DNA of 64,000 nucleotides from Alphaproteobacteria bacterium (GTDB lineage: Bacteria > Pseudomonadota > Alphaproteobacteria > Micavibrionales > Micavibrionaceae), in the NCBI GenBank assembly GCA_018000295.1, contig JAGNKE010000004.1, positions 60,016-124,015 on the forward strand, in the 5' to 3' direction. The notes beneath the pieces are model-generated. The model saw nothing but the letters and a program-made list of their open reading frames with translations. It was not told the DNA's origin and made no database searches. A program made the translations under genes and the position numbers. This document shows positions 63,946 to 64,000 of this stretch, one piece after another. Within the stretch, counting starts at the first letter, position 1, and every line of letters begins with the position of its first letter.

Positions 63946-64000
63946 ATGCCGGACGCTGAGGACAAGGAGCTGATCAAACGGGCGCAGGCCGGTGATACAG
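63946..64000 (+). CDS. Partial CDS (first 18 codons), possibly an ECF-type sigma-70 factor
   Basis: An ATG at 63946 follows an in-frame TGA. The translation MPDAEDKELIKRAQAGDT resembles the typical ECF sigma N-terminus (..L..RAQ.GD). It is truncated by the window end. Confidence 0.3.
   Translation, partial: MPDAEDKELIKRAQAGDT

Overview
This window holds a bacterial ribosomal-protein/RNA-polymerase supercluster on the + strand (193-39957): secE-nusG-rplKAJL-rpoBC-rpsLG-fusA-tuf, then the S10, spc and alpha operons through rplQ. The gene order looks alphaproteobacterial: tuf is fused to rpsJ, and rpsD, infA and rpmJ are absent from the spc/alpha region. That taxonomic placement is an inference. 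The rest of the window (40-64 kb) mixes three kinds of genes. Housekeeping genes are panCB, a DegP/HtrA protease, an alpha2-type glyQS, an S49 peptidase, a methyltransferase, an SLT transglycosylase and an acyl-CoA dehydrogenase. Envelope-glycan and sulfur-activation genes are ugd, cysD, cysNC, cysQ and an O-antigen-ligase-like protein. Several orphan genes of lower GC are also present. I found no rRNA, tRNA, CRISPR array or intact mobile element. The main observation is that the normally invariant supercluster is interrupted at seven junctions by accessory genes, most of which encode predicted exported proteins. These include a SIMPL/DUF541-like gene between rpoB and rpoC, an 85-aa orphan ORF between rpsJ and rplC, and two paralogous HExxH proteins behind a terminator between rplO and secY. 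Other leads are listed below. (1) Two paralogous orphan small proteins (about 100 aa), each behind a very AT-rich upstream tract (43.2-44.6 kb). (2) A tuf gene whose synonymous codon usage differs sharply from all neighbours. (3) Lys/Ala/Pro-rich tails on several ribosomal proteins and a 26-aa insertion in uS7. (4) A cluster of orphan secreted and coiled-coil proteins at 59-62 kb. All functional calls come from motif recognition by eye. No searches were run, and GC statements are visual estimates.
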